Shown here: positions 1-15,200 of the stretch, in pieces
How positions within the stretch are numbered: position 1 is the stretch's first letter
Layout: every line of letters starts with the position of its first letter
NCBI GenBank assembly: GCA_964658305.1
Contig: OZ210884.1
Location: 868,001 to 932,000 of the forward strand
Length of the DNA stretch: 64,000 bases
From: Leptogorgia sarmentosa
Taxonomy: Eukaryota
Direction: 5' to 3'
Notes under the pieces: generated by a model
The model's database searches: none
Told to the model about the DNA's origin: nothing
Seen by the model: the letters and a program-made list of their open reading frames with translations, nothing else
Translations under genes and position numbers: made by a program

Positions 1-274
1 ATCATTGTCAGCCATAATCTTGTTTTCCATTGCTTTCCTTCACAAAGTAAACTCAGGTTCTGATTTTGATCACAGTAAGCAATCACTTCAGATAACATTG
101 GAGAGACAATCGACGATATTTTCTGCCATAACGCTTTTCTAAAAGTTCCAGTTTCCTGAAGATGTCCTTGACGCAGGGCTTCGTGTTGTACCCACAGTCG
201 CTGATCCTCTGGGCATCTTTCATCTCGCTCCAGAAGTAATTTGTAAATACGAGCGGCAAGAATTGCAGAAAGCT
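1..274 (-). CDS. RNF213: RNF213-like exon 56 (truncated by window edge; E3 module)
   Basis: WVQHEAL...LQETGTFRKALWQKI...IAYCDQNQNLSLL. Confidence 0.93.
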
Positions 275-3200
275 CTGAAAAGCAAATAAAAGTAATTTAT
301 GATAGGAACGTTGGAGTTACATAAAGGATTTTGGCCACTGACCAGGAAACGTCAAATTTTACGCGCGATTAAAATATCTTATGAACACATGGAACTAGAT
401 GGTATTTTTCACATGTTCTAACAAGATGACAGTCAGCCACGAAATAAATTTACGTCACCAATCACAACGCTATTTTACAGGGCGTATAAAAAAAGGTAAT
501 GCAATTTTAACCGAAGTGTTGTTTTGCGGTGAATTGTAAGCTCCTACGTCTTCAACGTTCCTGAAAGAGTCACCAGCTGTTTTAAACTCCTGGTTTCGCA
601 AAAAGTTCTGTCCTTCTCTCATTTCAACCATGTTTTCGTTGGCGTTTAGCTCACAAACAACTTGTTAACAGGGCCGTACTCGTTTCAGAATTCATTTATT
701 GTATTTCCCATTGGGATTTACTTTCAATGTTTTGCTCCCAATTCCTAACCGTAGAAAAATGCACTCTCGACTGCCAGTTTTTATTCTATTCGTGCGAAGT
801 CATATCCTCACATAACAGGGAAAAACTATAGTTCAGTAAAAGCTAAAGGCTTAAATTTTATTGCTATCAAAAATTTTCATCGATAAAAATCGTATCTAGC
901 GCGCAATAACACACCAAAATTGCATGACTTTTTTTTATACACCCTTTTTTTATACAATTGAGAATAATGTCAAAAATATTTAGCAGCCATTTTTTATTTT
1001 TGTTCCAAATTGTTTCGTATAAACAAATATGAAATAAGAATGAATATTTTTAAGAATATGAATATTTTATTTTTTTCCATTGCCAAACGGTAATATCCAC
1101 CCAATTGTTTTACAATTGTAGATTGTGTAAATTAGCACGTGAAACCAGTAAATTGCTAACTATATAAGATTAAATCATAACAACCGCTTTTCCAACCTGT
1201 TTCTTGCGAGTCATCTTCGGGCAACCATTCGAGCAATATTTCAATACGTTTTGTGGCCCTATTGACATCACCTGACTCATCGTAAATTCTTGCTGCGGCC
1301 GCTTGTAAACAGTTTTTCAGCAAAAACGTCGACTTGATTTTTTGCTGATCGATATTTTCTCCATCACAGTCGACCTAGAAAATATAAAAAGAATAACACG
1401 AACATCTTAAAGTGATGGGGCGATGAAAGAGGCGGCCTTCCCATTCGCCCGCTTTTTATTTAACATCATGGCATTTCATATAAATATATATTATCTTATC
1501 TAGCAAGAAAAATTGAGAAGATCCAACATGGCACCCAGTTTTTCACTTAAATATTTAAAAAAAGGATAGTTAAGTAAAAAAAGTGACAATTTCAATAGAT
1601 ATGATTTGTGAGCCATCGTATGTAATTATTTCAACTACACAAGTTCTTATAGAAGATCGTAAACAACGAAGCACTATGGTCACGTATTTTTCAATACAGC
1701 TTAGTGAATACAGAATAGCCAATCAAATTGTGGCAAACGGACAATCTTGAGGGAATATTAAATTCTTATTACAAACTATCATGATTACTAATACTATCTT
1801 TTACCTCTGCGTTTTCCACAGGGGGTTCCTGGCTGCCACTTGGCAAACTAGCATTCTGACTTTCATCAACATCCATTTCTTCAACGTCGTCATTTATTGA
1901 ATGAGTTACTGGCCGGAACAGATCGCTTACTGGACGATTTACAAGCTGTTCAATATGCGGAAGCTGTTCATTCGACTCCAAAAGCTCGTCGATATGAACT
2001 GACTCCCATTTTCCACCTTGGAATCCTACAAAATGCTGACATCCTCCGGCAATCTTTGGTAACTGGATGATGAAGACGATGTGGATAGGTTTGACAGATC
2101 TGTCGAAGTTTTCCACTGTACGACGTCGGGTGTCATCAACGAGGTATCGACAACAGGCAATGAGGTTGAAATTCGTCTCACCATTATCACATTGAACAAG
2201 CAGAAGACCTTCGGCACCACCGAGTGAGACAAAGAAATCTCTAAATTAACATTTAATATCTAATTAACATTGTTAATTATTGCTAGTTTATTATTAAGAT
2301 TCTCGCTACCGCGAGAAAACACTAAAATAACACCCACACATTCTTTGAATTTGGATAATACGATGTAATTAGTTGAATAATTTAGCATTATCGATCAATA
2401 TTGCCAACTGTGTTCTACGACTAAATAATAAAAAGAACATCCAACAAATATTGTTTTCACCACTCGAGGATAAAAATTTATATCTTCGCATCGCCATGTA
2501 ACATCACCTATATATTTCTAAATGCGCTGATGTCTCCGTGACCGTGTGGCACCGCATATAGGTTTTGTGACAGGGTACATAATTAACGTATAAACACTTA
2601 CTCTAATGTCTTGATGAATTGTTGTTCCGTATGAAATTCTTGAAGGCTAATGCAACGAGTGAATGAAGCTTCAAATCCAGCGGTTGACGCTATAGTACGT
2701 GAATCTGTTTGTGACAACAGTCGAGAATGAGTGGTAATCTAAAAAAAAAATTTAAAAAATTATTATTGTTCATTATAATTCAAGAGTTTCAATTGGTCAA
2801 GAGCGTGGATAAAATCGTCATAATTATTCTGTTGGGCAAATCATATATATGACATTATGACGTCACACTAATATATTTGGCCTTAGCTTTCAGCTTCGGC
2901 AGATAACACTTGAAAATTGAGCAAATCCTGCTCGACCTCATTCAACAATTGTTATATATCATGTTTATTATATTTTATTGCATAAAAATATAAGTGAGTA
3001 ATACTAATTTACTGGAGCATGTAGGCTATGTTCAGATATTGATATACAAAGCAAAATATCATAATGTTACAAGAACATCATTAGCTCATTTAACCAGGAG
3101 GCTAGTGGGCCACACGACAAAAAAACAAATTGCCAATTAATGACATCAATTTGTTTAAAATTAAAAAGCTTACTTGAACAAGAGAGCTATTGTTTCCATT

Positions 3201-6200
3201 GTCTTTATCATCTCTAAAGCAATGAACCAGATATTCTTTCAAACTCCCATGCTTCTGATTTTCAAAATATTCTGTCCAAATCTCATCAGCACGGTCTTTT
3301 AATTTTGTTTCTCGTAATCTAGCAATAGCATCAGGTGATGCACACTGCAACAACATGGATTTCGCCTGCGAAAGAACCTAAGCACAAAAACTATCTTTTA
3401 ATCACTTTCTTAGGAAGAAGTTGGACCGCATGGTTGTATCAAAGATAGAAAGCCATGCGGCGGTCTTGAAATGATTCCGTACTTATAGAGTTGAAAAAAG
3501 TGTTCAAACTTCCCCCGCGCAACAATTACTGGCTTTGCATGCCGAATATATATATTATACTTCACAGTCACATTGTCCAATCAAAAGCTTACATTTGTAC
3601 CACGTGTCCATAACATTTTTAGCGAATACCATGCTATGCATGGGAACTTTATACCCTTCGTTTTTCTCCGAGGCATGGTATTCGACTTTAAAATACCCCG
3701 AACGGGATATTCGACTTCGAAATATCCCGCTCGAATTTTCCGCCCGTTGTTGCTCGCATAAATTAAAGGGGCGGAAGCTGTAGGTTTACATCAATGGTTT
3801 TCATTTGCATGTGAAAAAGATGTATTTTTGTTCGCCGGTATAATATATCAGTCACATACCTGCATCTTGGGGTTACTCGAGAAAAATTACTTTTCGGGAT
3901 GAAATATTTTATCCCTCAGGGTATAGTTTTTTCTCGAATACCCCTCGTAGCAGGTATAAACTCATAATAATACTACTCAGGGGCTGCAATAGTGAAGTAC
4001 AACTACTTATAGGTTACCAGTGATGACTGTGAATACCAGTGTTCAACAAATATATTGATATTTTAAAACTTTATCGGATTGTTGATTTAATAGTATAACC
4101 CAATACTTCTGTATAATGCATTATATAAAATTTGCCTGTTTAAAACTTTCGATCAGGAAAAATATTTCCAAATTCATCTTTCAGTAAAGTAAACTTCATT
4201 TGGTTTTGAGGTCATTACACTTGAATGTACAGTACAGAAAGATTCTCACCTGCTCATTGGACACATGATCGTCAACATTCGGAATTTTCATTATTACCGC
4301 AGCAGCAGTATCGCTATGGTAACCAACAAAACAATCACCAGGCTTGAATGGGCTGTAATGTCAGATATACATATAAATAAGCACATTTAAATTGTATAAA
4401 TCTAATAGGCACATATAGCGATGAAATCCCGACCTGACTGTATCATAATATATAAACCTATATTTATAGGATTGATACAATCTTATAAGATTTGTAGTAC
4501 CATACGTTAAAACAGTAAGATACCAGTGATCGTATTTCATAATTTAAAGAGTTTGCAAAACGTGGAACGTTTTAAGTAGTGGCCTCCATAACCGAAACAT
4601 TGGCTTATTTTCTTAAAAGCCTAACCTTAAATCGTATTTTAAAACATGCATTTGCTAGAACACTCGGCTTGGATGATCCACGCACATGGAAATCCGTGTG
4701 TGTAGAGTTTAAAAGTGGCAGGTCCTTTGGCCAGGCTATATCACATATATGTCGTTAGCTGTGTTGTCACTTCGCCTTATCTTTATTTAGTTGTTGATTT
4801 GCGATGTGAGTTTGATTTTTGGTTTTAACTTTTCAACTTTGTAACTATGTTTTTCGGGATCGCCGAATTTCCTGGCTCTATATTGTTGCAGTAACTCCAC
4901 TACGAAGAGAAAATGTCTCTCTTGCAACTAAGAGGAAGATTCTGGAAATTGAAAACTTTCTAGTGATTATGGAAATTTATTTGTGTAAGGAACTCATGAT
5001 CTCATAAATTTATAATTATGAATTTATCAGTTTTAGACGTCCTCCCAAATCGAATGTGAAAAGAATCATTACAAGAATGAATTATAAGTTTTTGTATTTT
5101 TACCTCCCGCCTGATAAATGTTGTTGCTTTGCTTCCGAGAAAAGCTTCACCCATTCCTGTAGTTCTTTAACCAAGGTAAGTTGAAGTCCAGTTAAGCCAG
5201 TCGACATTACAAGTAAATGTTTTTCCAGGCGATTTATAAGAGGAATGGCAAAACGGTTATAAACATCATCCTTTTCAGCAACTACAATCAATCTGAAGAA
5301 AAATTATCAATGACTAAGCCTATTCCTCGATAGATCGCAAGAAACAAAAGAACCATTTTGAATTATTGAAGGTATGGATTAAAGTCAGTAGCTACATATT
5401 ATTTTTTTTTTGTTTTTCTTCACAAATTCTAGTTAAAACAATTTGGCTTCCGCATGGCTACAAAAAAGTTTAAAATATCCATTTGATTTGGGAAGAACTT
5501 ACTTAAATTTGTCTGCCACTCGACACTTCACTCTGTGGTTTCCCAAACCAAGGTCGACATATCTTTGGTCAGCAAGATACACATAGTACTAAAAGGAAAT
5601 AATATACATTTCAAAGGCCTTATGCATTTTTTATCATAGCAGCATAAAGAACATCCCAAATGACCTAATAAAACGTTTTTCCGAATGTTCTCAACTTCCT
5701 TTGTTGTACAAATATTAATCAATGTTTTGTTTATGGAAATTAACATCACTGTGATGTCACATTACATAATGAGCAACAGCAAGTAACTTTGCGGCCAATT
5801 CAGTCAAGTCCATTTTGCCGAAATCTGACATAAGATAGTTTCATCATGTTCACACAAAACTACCTGTATACATTCATGGGTTTAATGTTGAATATCATAT
5901 CTTGAATATCATATCATATCTATTTACCGATGTCAGGTGACGATCTCGACTTCGTCTCGGTGACTATTCCCCGATAATCACCGAGACAGAGGTAAATAAT
6001 TGTTTTAGTACAACTTCGGCGCTTCCTTTTTTCGTTCAAATATTCTTCGAAAATCTCTCTCTCGTCTAAATATTCTCTGAAAATCTCTCCCGTTTAAACA
6101 TTGTCCGAAAACCTCTCTCATTTAAATATTCTATATTTACAAAAATAATAAATCTAAAAAAAACTATTTACCATAACACGGGCTTAGTGTCCCGCGCATT

Positions 6201-9200
6201 CCAATGTCAACGATGGTAAGCAACAGGTTACTTTATACAGTATACATTTTATTGAAAACGAACCTGATTCAAAGCATCGTATAAACTTTCGTAAAGACTA
6301 TCCAAGTTGAGCAGGATCACCATCCTTCCTGTTTCCATGCATACTTTTATTCGATTGATGTTGCGACAGATCTAAATTTCGTAAATCAACAAGATATCTC
6401 GGTAAATTCCAAGTACAGGAAGCATGTAAAAAATTGTCTATATCTGCGTATCGACTGGAATGTTAATACAACTACAAGTTAATTGGCTACACCATCCATA
6501 AACGATTTTTAATAAGTCCATGCATAAATGATTAATCATTTTTATACATCCTGTAGTTGTAGGATTTTACAGTGAGTGAAAACAAGAACATCGCGTAACA
6601 ATTTGTAGATGGTGTAACCTAGCCCACTGTTACACCAACAAAAAACAGACGTGAAAAGTGTAAGTGCATTGTTAGATTATTTCTTTCGCAGGCGGTGTTG
6701 CTGGCGGCCAAAAACATATTCTTTTATATGTGAAGTGCGTAAAGGCAAGGTGGACACCGTTTTTGGGCACCTGGGACTAAGGCTCGAAATTTTCTGTGAA
6801 ATTTGTAATGCTTACAAGTACAAAAATAACAAAACAAATGCATAATTATTGTGTCAATGTTCCTGATGTTATAGTGTGTACAGTGTAAAATGAAACTTGA
6901 AAAGTAGAAAACTAGAAACTGTAGAAAAGTAAATGTAAATTGTGTACACAGAATGATCTCAAAATGTTGAAATATTTTCTGCAAAACTCTCAACCCCCTA
7001 CAAAATCTGAGAACTACGTTCCCAGGTACCGATAGTTTTTCAACCCCTGCGTAAAGGGTTGAAATCAATAATTCAGCGAACTTCAACAGGCTGCAATGAA
7101 TAGAAATAATGAACAAACCTGTGTGTATTGTTGATCCTTCGGGAAACTGCTACCAAAAATGACAACAGGGTCGTACTGGTGGAACTGGCTTTGCAGCAAT
7201 CTCAACGCAGCATAGTTCTCAGTCAAAACAAGTAAGTAGCGGCTTTCCCTATCAATGAATACAAATTTCAAACTAAAACCATTTGCATGTCCAACGCTTT
7301 TTAAATCTCGCAGTGTCCAGGGACATAGCTTTAGAGCATTAATCGGGGGGGGGGGGGGGGGGAATTGATCCACCGGGAACGAGGGGTATTTCACCAAATG
7401 GCGAAGTCCTCAGGGTAATTTTTCTCGTATACCGCTCGTGGCAGGTAAATACTGATAAGAATTCACCGCTCAGTTGAAAAATCACTAAAATGAGTGAAAT
7501 GCCTTAAAAATCTCATTGTCACGTGGTACAAACACGGTTTTTCTATTGGACAATTTGAATTTGAGGTATGTTGTATTCATATATTCGTGAATACGTGATA
7601 TTCATATATCCGTGAAACGGATGATAGCTGATTTCATTCGCGCGAAAATTAAGCATATGCAGTGGCGTAGCTAGAACGATAATTCGGGGGGGCCATATTC
7701 ATATATTCATGTTCTGCGTTATTAATTTCTTTTCAAATCCATTGTTTTTATGGTATGTGAACACGAATATATGAATATGCCCCCCCCCCAATTATCGTTC
7801 TGGCTACGCCACTGAGCATATGCCCACACACTCAATTCAGCCATATAATAAACGGATTATTGATCTCGCTTGTTCAGACTGTTCGGTCCATACTAAACAG
7901 CTCAGTCTGATATTTGACAGTACAGACCACACGTCAATAACCCTTTATAATATTATTAACATAGACAACACGACCAACTTACCCTTCATCTTCTGTTCTA
8001 CCAAGACTTTCTTTGATGAGATTCAACGGTGACGGATACTAAAAAAAAGGCAAAAAAAACGATAAACGACTCAACCACACAGACCAATGATGAAAGATTT
8101 AATTCTTTTCAACATTAGCACTGACATTTTTCAAATGTTTTGTATTTTAAGCAAAGCGGAAACTATATGAGAATCTATTACAAAATTCAAGGCCAAATTG
8201 AAACATTTTTAAAAATAATAAATAAAGCGCTGGAAAAATTGCCTTGCCGGGCAACTAAATTCGTTTTATTAGCTAACGTTGAAAATTACAGCATGTCACT
8301 TTTAAAACTGATTCAATAACAATTTCTTTTTAAACAGCAAACTCATCATCAAGCATCTTTTGGATTTATATCAGGGCTCAAAACAATATATTTATTTATT
8401 TATTTACAATCTTCGTCAAACCTGACCGGTGATCCCTACAGAGCGCATTGCTCCATTAACAGGGTACCTAAATTTTTATACAACAATATTTAAAAGATGT
8501 AGTTGTTTCGCTGTTCTCAGAACGATAACCGGATTAACAATTAACAATTAATAACCGGATCAACAATTCACTACGTTGTGGTACTCGTTTTAGCCAATCA
8601 TTTTCCATTGCTATAATTTATACCTTCACAAAATCTTTCAGTTTTGGAAATTGTCTGCTAAATATCTCCATTGGGTTAAGGTCGTCCAAGCCGCTGAAAT
8701 TCCTTCTGATGGATTGTTCCAATTCCCTCTCGCCGATTTGACGCCCCTGTTCCGCACGCACAGCAAACCCATACACCATCTTTACCAAGCTGTATAATAA
8801 GCAATAAAGCAATTTACACCAATTTTATGTTTATGGATCGGAGTCGCAATACAAATAGCAGCATCGTCTTTACATTCTACTTGAATTTATTATATATAGT
8901 AGACAGTGAGATACCGAAAAATACACAGTGAGATATTTTCCATATCTTCACTAGTGACGTAATATACAGTAAAAACCAATCGAAGATAAAATTCTTCGCA
9001 CCATGCACCTTGTTATATCGTCTATATATAACTATCTGTTATGTTTAAAGAATAATGGAAGCAGAGATATTCACTGTATCATTTGGAATTATCTACATCA
9101 TTTTACAGACATTTTAGACCTTGTTTTATTTTATAATCTTAACCTCATTAACTTAGTTTTTGATTGTAAAGTTGCTTCAGTCTATAAGATATTGAGTAAC

Positions 9201-12200
9201 AATAATAAAATGCTGTTGTTTTTCAATTGTTATTCAACTTGAAATTGGAAGTAAATTGAAACAAGAGCTAAAGTTTACGTGTATTGTCAAGTTTACCTGT
9301 AAAAGTCTCGAAGCCCAAAAAATTCGTCCTTTTGAGCATTCTCTAGTGTTTTCGATTTGCTTTGCTGTTTGTACAGGCGGAAATATCCCTTGCACAACTT
9401 TTCGATAATTCTTTCGAGACGGCTCTTGATATCTTCATTACCGGAACAAATTCCGCTAAAATATACGTTACGGTAAGTTAGGTGATTAAATTTTGCGCCC
9501 ACACTGGGTTTTCCAAGCATAGCAAGGAGTATCTCTCAAAAATTGGCAAAAAACAGACGAGTAAAGTTCAGACACGTTTGTTCGGGACCATATGATGGCG
9601 CGAAATGTAGTGATTTTAAATTTTCAAACTAATAACCAAAATATTATTTATTGTCAGTTTCAAAACCTTTCGATATTCTGTAGTTGGTAACAATCAGCCT
9701 TTATCAAGCTATGCGACCAGGCCTTAAATTCGCCATTTCTGGTGCCTTTCGCTAACTATGTGTGAAGTTTCAGCACAAAATTTTGAAATTTCGCCCAGAA
9801 AATACGGGATGATAAAATGCATATTTTCCGCGAGTGAGAATTATATGATCATAGAATATTAAAATTTGACTTGACTATATATACATTAAAAAAAGGTATA
9901 TAATAATTAACAATAATTTATCGATGTGAAGGTGATTATCGGTGAATAGAGGGGCCAGTTTCAGACGCTCAGACGTTGAAGAAGCGTTCATTGTTGTTCA
10001 TGATGATGAAGTGTGAATGAACATGACTGGAAATTCTCATTTGTCGCTATTTCTTTGTAATTTGTAGAAACTCGTATAAGTTTCACATTGCCGAACAAAT
10101 TGTTGATAAATTTTTTTTCTCAAAAAGCTTAACCACTTTTTTCTGTAATTTGTGTTGTACAATTGCATAATTTTTCAGTATTTCCTCAAAATCGATTAGC
10201 AGAAAAACGATTTTCGGCCGCCATCTTGGAGAAAAGCCTTCTAGTAAATCATGCCTCAGATTTACTAGTCATGCAGACAGCCAATCAAAATGCTTTAAAA
10301 CCATTATTTACTACTGAAATTAATACTAATTAAGTATTAAAAAGTTTATATAATAAAATTTTCCAATTTTATTCAAGTTTTTAATTTGGCACCTATGAAG
10401 TAACTAAGTGACAAACAATTATTTACAAGCGAAAAATTTTATCTTTATCGACAAAAACAATGATTTTCATCGAAAATGGCGGATTTTGAGGCCTGGTCGC
10501 ATGGCGTGAGAGGGCTAATAATTTAACAAAAACGAACAAAAGTTAAGCGTGCGTGCAGTATCCGCATGGTTATTCTGAGAGAGCTACAAAATGCGCCCTA
10601 GCTGTATTTTTAGAATAATTTCCTGAAAAACGCGTGTGATAGAAGCAGACGGATTTGCCCTGTTGTGAAACTCGATCGACTGAACAATGAAAAGTGGGCT
10701 TGAAAAACGTACATAAGCTCCAATATTAATTTAAGGTAGTTTTCCATTGCAGTCGCTAGGCCTGCGCGGACGGAGCGGACATGCTTCAGCTTTTGTTATG
10801 TAGATGTATATTGAGCATTCTCTGCCTGCTTTTACACGTGCAGATACGCTTATAAGTTGAACTACATTCAACTTTCTTGTCTTGACCGCGCGACTGATTT
10901 TTCACGAGATTGAAATCGCTTGCTCCGATCGCACGGGCAAAGCGACTGTGATGTAAAACGGCCTTTAGTCAGTCGTCATGCTTTACTCATCGTATAATGT
11001 AGTAATTGCCCCAACCTTGCACTGTCACGCAGTTCGTCTTCACTTGGCACTCCTCTACTCAACATGATGCCTCGGTTCATTTTAGCAGGATCCAACGCCC
11101 AATTTGACAAGCCAATGAAACCAACACGGTGATGATCTGACGTTTTCCCTGATTCTTCAGCTGTAGCTGTGCCATCTTCCAACAGAGGATGCAGCGTTTT
11201 CAAAGGCATCAGAGGAGAATCTTCAGCCAACCCAATTTCATCCAGTACCACCACAGATACAAATTTCGTCAAGTCCTTGTCTTTCTGAAGTTTTGCGCAC
11301 TGCCTGAAGGTTGATACGATGCCTTCTGGTGTGGACAACGGACTGCACTGGTACGATTGCATGTGAATCTGGTAAAATAACACTCTTGTTTTAAACGTAT
11401 TAACTAATATCACGTGCTTCTTCACTCTCTCCCGCAAAGGCTTGTTAATTGGTTGAAACGCGCGTTAACTCAATATTTAACGAATGGAACGCAGAGCAGT
11501 CTTTTTACATCCTTTTGCCAAACAGGATGAATAGGCAGTGGTAAAATGTCATGTTCAATAATTTACAAAACAGATAGGAATGCTTTTAAACTCTTGCTTA
11601 TTCACCGTTTAAACAAAACGCCTTTGATAAAACTGGTAAACCGGCCCCAGATATAATCGCTCACGTACCTGTTTTAAGTTCTTGAAAAGTTCACTTTGTG
11701 AGTTACCAGCTTTCATGTTGGTCGATATAACATCTTTTGCCAAAGACTTGGAACTGCCTGGTTTGCCAACAACAAACAACGGGATGCGCAGCTCTGTACA
11801 GATGGCCATCATGAAAACATTTTCACTGAGTGCAGTATTTCTGGCAATGTTTTGACCCAGTTGTATGTCTTTCAAAAATCCACGCTGACACCTGAAAACA
11901 AGTTTGTCAGTGTGAATGACGAATATAGGGATAGAAACTTTAACACTAGTAAGAAAATTAATTATGATGTCTTCTGTCTGTTCTCCAAGAGATGTTAATC
12001 TGCTTTATAAAATATCCTTTTAAAAACACGGAGGTTGATTGGTCGAGAGCTCAAAAAACCCGTGTTGCTATAACACTATAGAAACACGAGGATTTTCACG
12101 CGGGTTTTGTGGATTGCGCGGGAAATTAAAAAAACAAATGAATCTTTCAATGAATGCAATTAAAATCAATAAATTTATCTTTTTTATTGTTTTTAAAAGG

Positions 12201-15200
12201 CCATTTAATAAAGGAAATAGAAAACATTTTTTCCGTGTTCCTATAAGTTATGGAAACACTTGTGTAAGTTTGGGAGAAACTCGAAATTGTGTGGAAACAC
12301 TCGCACTTCGTGCTCGTGTTCCCACGGAATTTATCGTTTCTCCCAAACTTCCACGTTTTCTATTTCTTAATTTTTAAACGATTTCATACCGCAATACATT
12401 CTAGTAAAATGTACGTGCCGCCAACTTTTTTGCTATGGTCAATTGGGAAACGCAGTGATATGAAATCAGCTTGTCTTTATGATATCGAAAGGTTTCTCTA
12501 TTACGCAACTCAAAGGGAAAATTCACATTTTAATACAGGGCAATTACCTACAGGCAATGAAAAGCCTCGCACTTGTACGCTCTGTGCCCAATGAATATTT
12601 GTAATTTTGTAAAAACCTTTGAAGACTAAAACTTTGCCGTAAATCTACTAATTGTGTAGATTGAATGGCTTGATTGTGTGCGAAATTTAATTCATAGTTT
12701 CGTTCACTTTCTCGCAAACTTGGACGAATTTTCCATTGTAATTTGGGAGAATTTAGCTAGAATTTATTCATATATGTTTAATTTTATTAGCTTTATCAAA
12801 ACAGAACTGCTTTTATTCTATAATTAAACAATCGCTTTCTGGGTGGCATTAACTACCTGGCCCACTAAGCCCATGCCCAGAGGCCCAAAAATTTGTGCCG
12901 CCCAAAAATTTTCCGTTATGACTTATGAATTACAAGTTCATTAATAATAGCCTCGTGAACCATCTTTGAAATAATTTCAGCATTAAGAAATGATCAACTA
13001 TCTACGCTGTCTTAAATGGCCATTCCCGGGGATGTACAGGTTTTATATGGTCAAAATTTTCTCACTTGCCACCAACCAAGATGGCGCTTCGCTATATTCC
13101 TCCCCGGCTCCCCTCCCCCCTTACCCCAACTAAGGAATACTAAATTTCCCGGAATTTTCCCGGTGCGCCCCCCTATATTTACTGGCACCCTTAGCATGTC
13201 AATAACGCAATAGTATTTTACATTTAATTACATCGAAACTAAATATGAGAGTTACTCTGAAAACGCCATTTCCGGCGATCTAAGTCTCCAAATTTTCATA
13301 AATCCTCCCGCTCGACGTGCCAACTACAGTCCATCGATTCGAGGCTTCCCCGTTGTCGGGCAAAAATAACTTTCACTCGAACGAATCATAATCCTAAGTT
13401 ATGCCCCTGCTGAGGGTAACAAACTGGGTCATTTCATTCAGTTTGAAAATGAGGACACGGTACGGCCCTCCTTTTCAAGTCTCTCGGTGGAATTAGTACG
13501 CCCAAGTCGCCCATACATAGCTTAATTACGTCACATAATATCATTGTTGTCAACTTCCTGGACGCTGATTGGCTGAAAAGCTTCAACAACTGTGCAAATT
13601 AAATTTAATTGTACGGTTTCGAGCCCGCGAAATCAACGCTAAAATTCTTGTTGTTTTTCCATTTATTGTCAACTTTGGACAAAAAAGGTTAGTGAACGTG
13701 TACTACAATGATATTAATACGAAATTACACTTGTTCTCGAAGTATTAATGAAAAATTGCACTGGTGCTTCGCACTTGCGGTATTTCGCCAAACACGCGTG
13801 CAATTTTTCATTAATACTTCTCGAACCGTGTAATTTCCTATACTAATATCACAAATCGAATAAGCTCACCTGACAATTTCTTTTTCTATCCTGTGTGCAC
13901 CTCCTGGTAATGGACATGATTGGTCAAAATATTCGGAGATGTATTCGCAGTAGGCATTTCTTTCATTCAGTCTTGCATAATAACACACACCAATGCCAAG
14001 AATAACAGCGCGAACAATTTGCCCCAAAGGCTAAAATTGAAAACATATATAAGGTAAATATCTACTTCACCATTAGGACGGTGGAAACAAAATATTTATT
14101 TGTCTCATTTTAACGCGCGTTTATATATATAAATATCACTAAATTTCTTGTTACCGATTATCTATATCCTTTTTCTGAAAATGGAAAAGATTTAGGAATG
14201 CTGGTGACCAACAAGAAATAAAATAACACATTCTAAACAAATTTTGACTGCTATCAATGATAGAATGTGAACCTATTAAGTTATATACCCACAAACCAAC
14301 CGTTCTTACACTGTGTCGGAAAAATCGCTTCACGTAAATTTATAGTTAAGCATTATATGCATGAAATAACATGATTGTGCTCAGTGAATATTTGTGATTT
14401 TGTAAACTTTTCAAGACTGAAACTCTGTTGTAAATCTACTAGTGGTGTAGATTGATTGACTTGATTGTGTGCGAAATTTAATTCATCGTTTCGTTCGCTT
14501 TCTCACAAGCGTGGACGAATTTTCCATTGTAATTTACTAAAAATTTAGGAGAATTTAGCTTTCACCTCTTATTATCCATATATGTTTAATTTAGCTTATC
14601 TAAATAGAACTGCTTGCTCGAATGTTTCTCGAGTTAAGAAAAAGCCATCCATATTCCATGATCCATAAAGCAATTGACCATAGCAAAAACGATTGCGCCA
14701 TGTACATTTAACTAGAATGCATTGCGGGTATTAAACACATATAGCTGAAAAATATATTACAAGAAACATAGCTATAATGGATAGAAATTTTAACACAAGT
14801 GAGCTATAGAAAGCCTGTCTAATGTCTGTCACTTCAAAAGATGTTAATCGGCTTTTTTAAATAATTTCAGACCGCAATGCATTCTGGTGAAATGTACATG
14901 CCCCCATCTTTTTTGCTATGGTGAATTGAATGTGCATACTTCAGGCGTCCTAACGGCATGCCAGATGGTTACTGCATGTAAAAGAAAAAATAATAGAAAA
15001 AAACGATTCGTACTTCTTCTATGTGTTCACGTGCGACGTCGCTATTTTCGTCTTCACTGGAATCTGCAGAACTATCTTCTTTTCTACCGTTGTCTTCTTC
15101 TCTGATAACTTCCTCAATCAATTCGGAGTTGGAATAAAACCACATGATAACTTTCATTGCTCTTTCGACATCACGTAAGCTCACAAAGCTGCATTCATTC

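Noticed and set aside
6037..6132. CRISPR-like periodic repeats (also 52289-52365)
   Set aside because: Head-to-tail degenerate repeats without unique spacers, in a eukaryotic intron, with no cas genes
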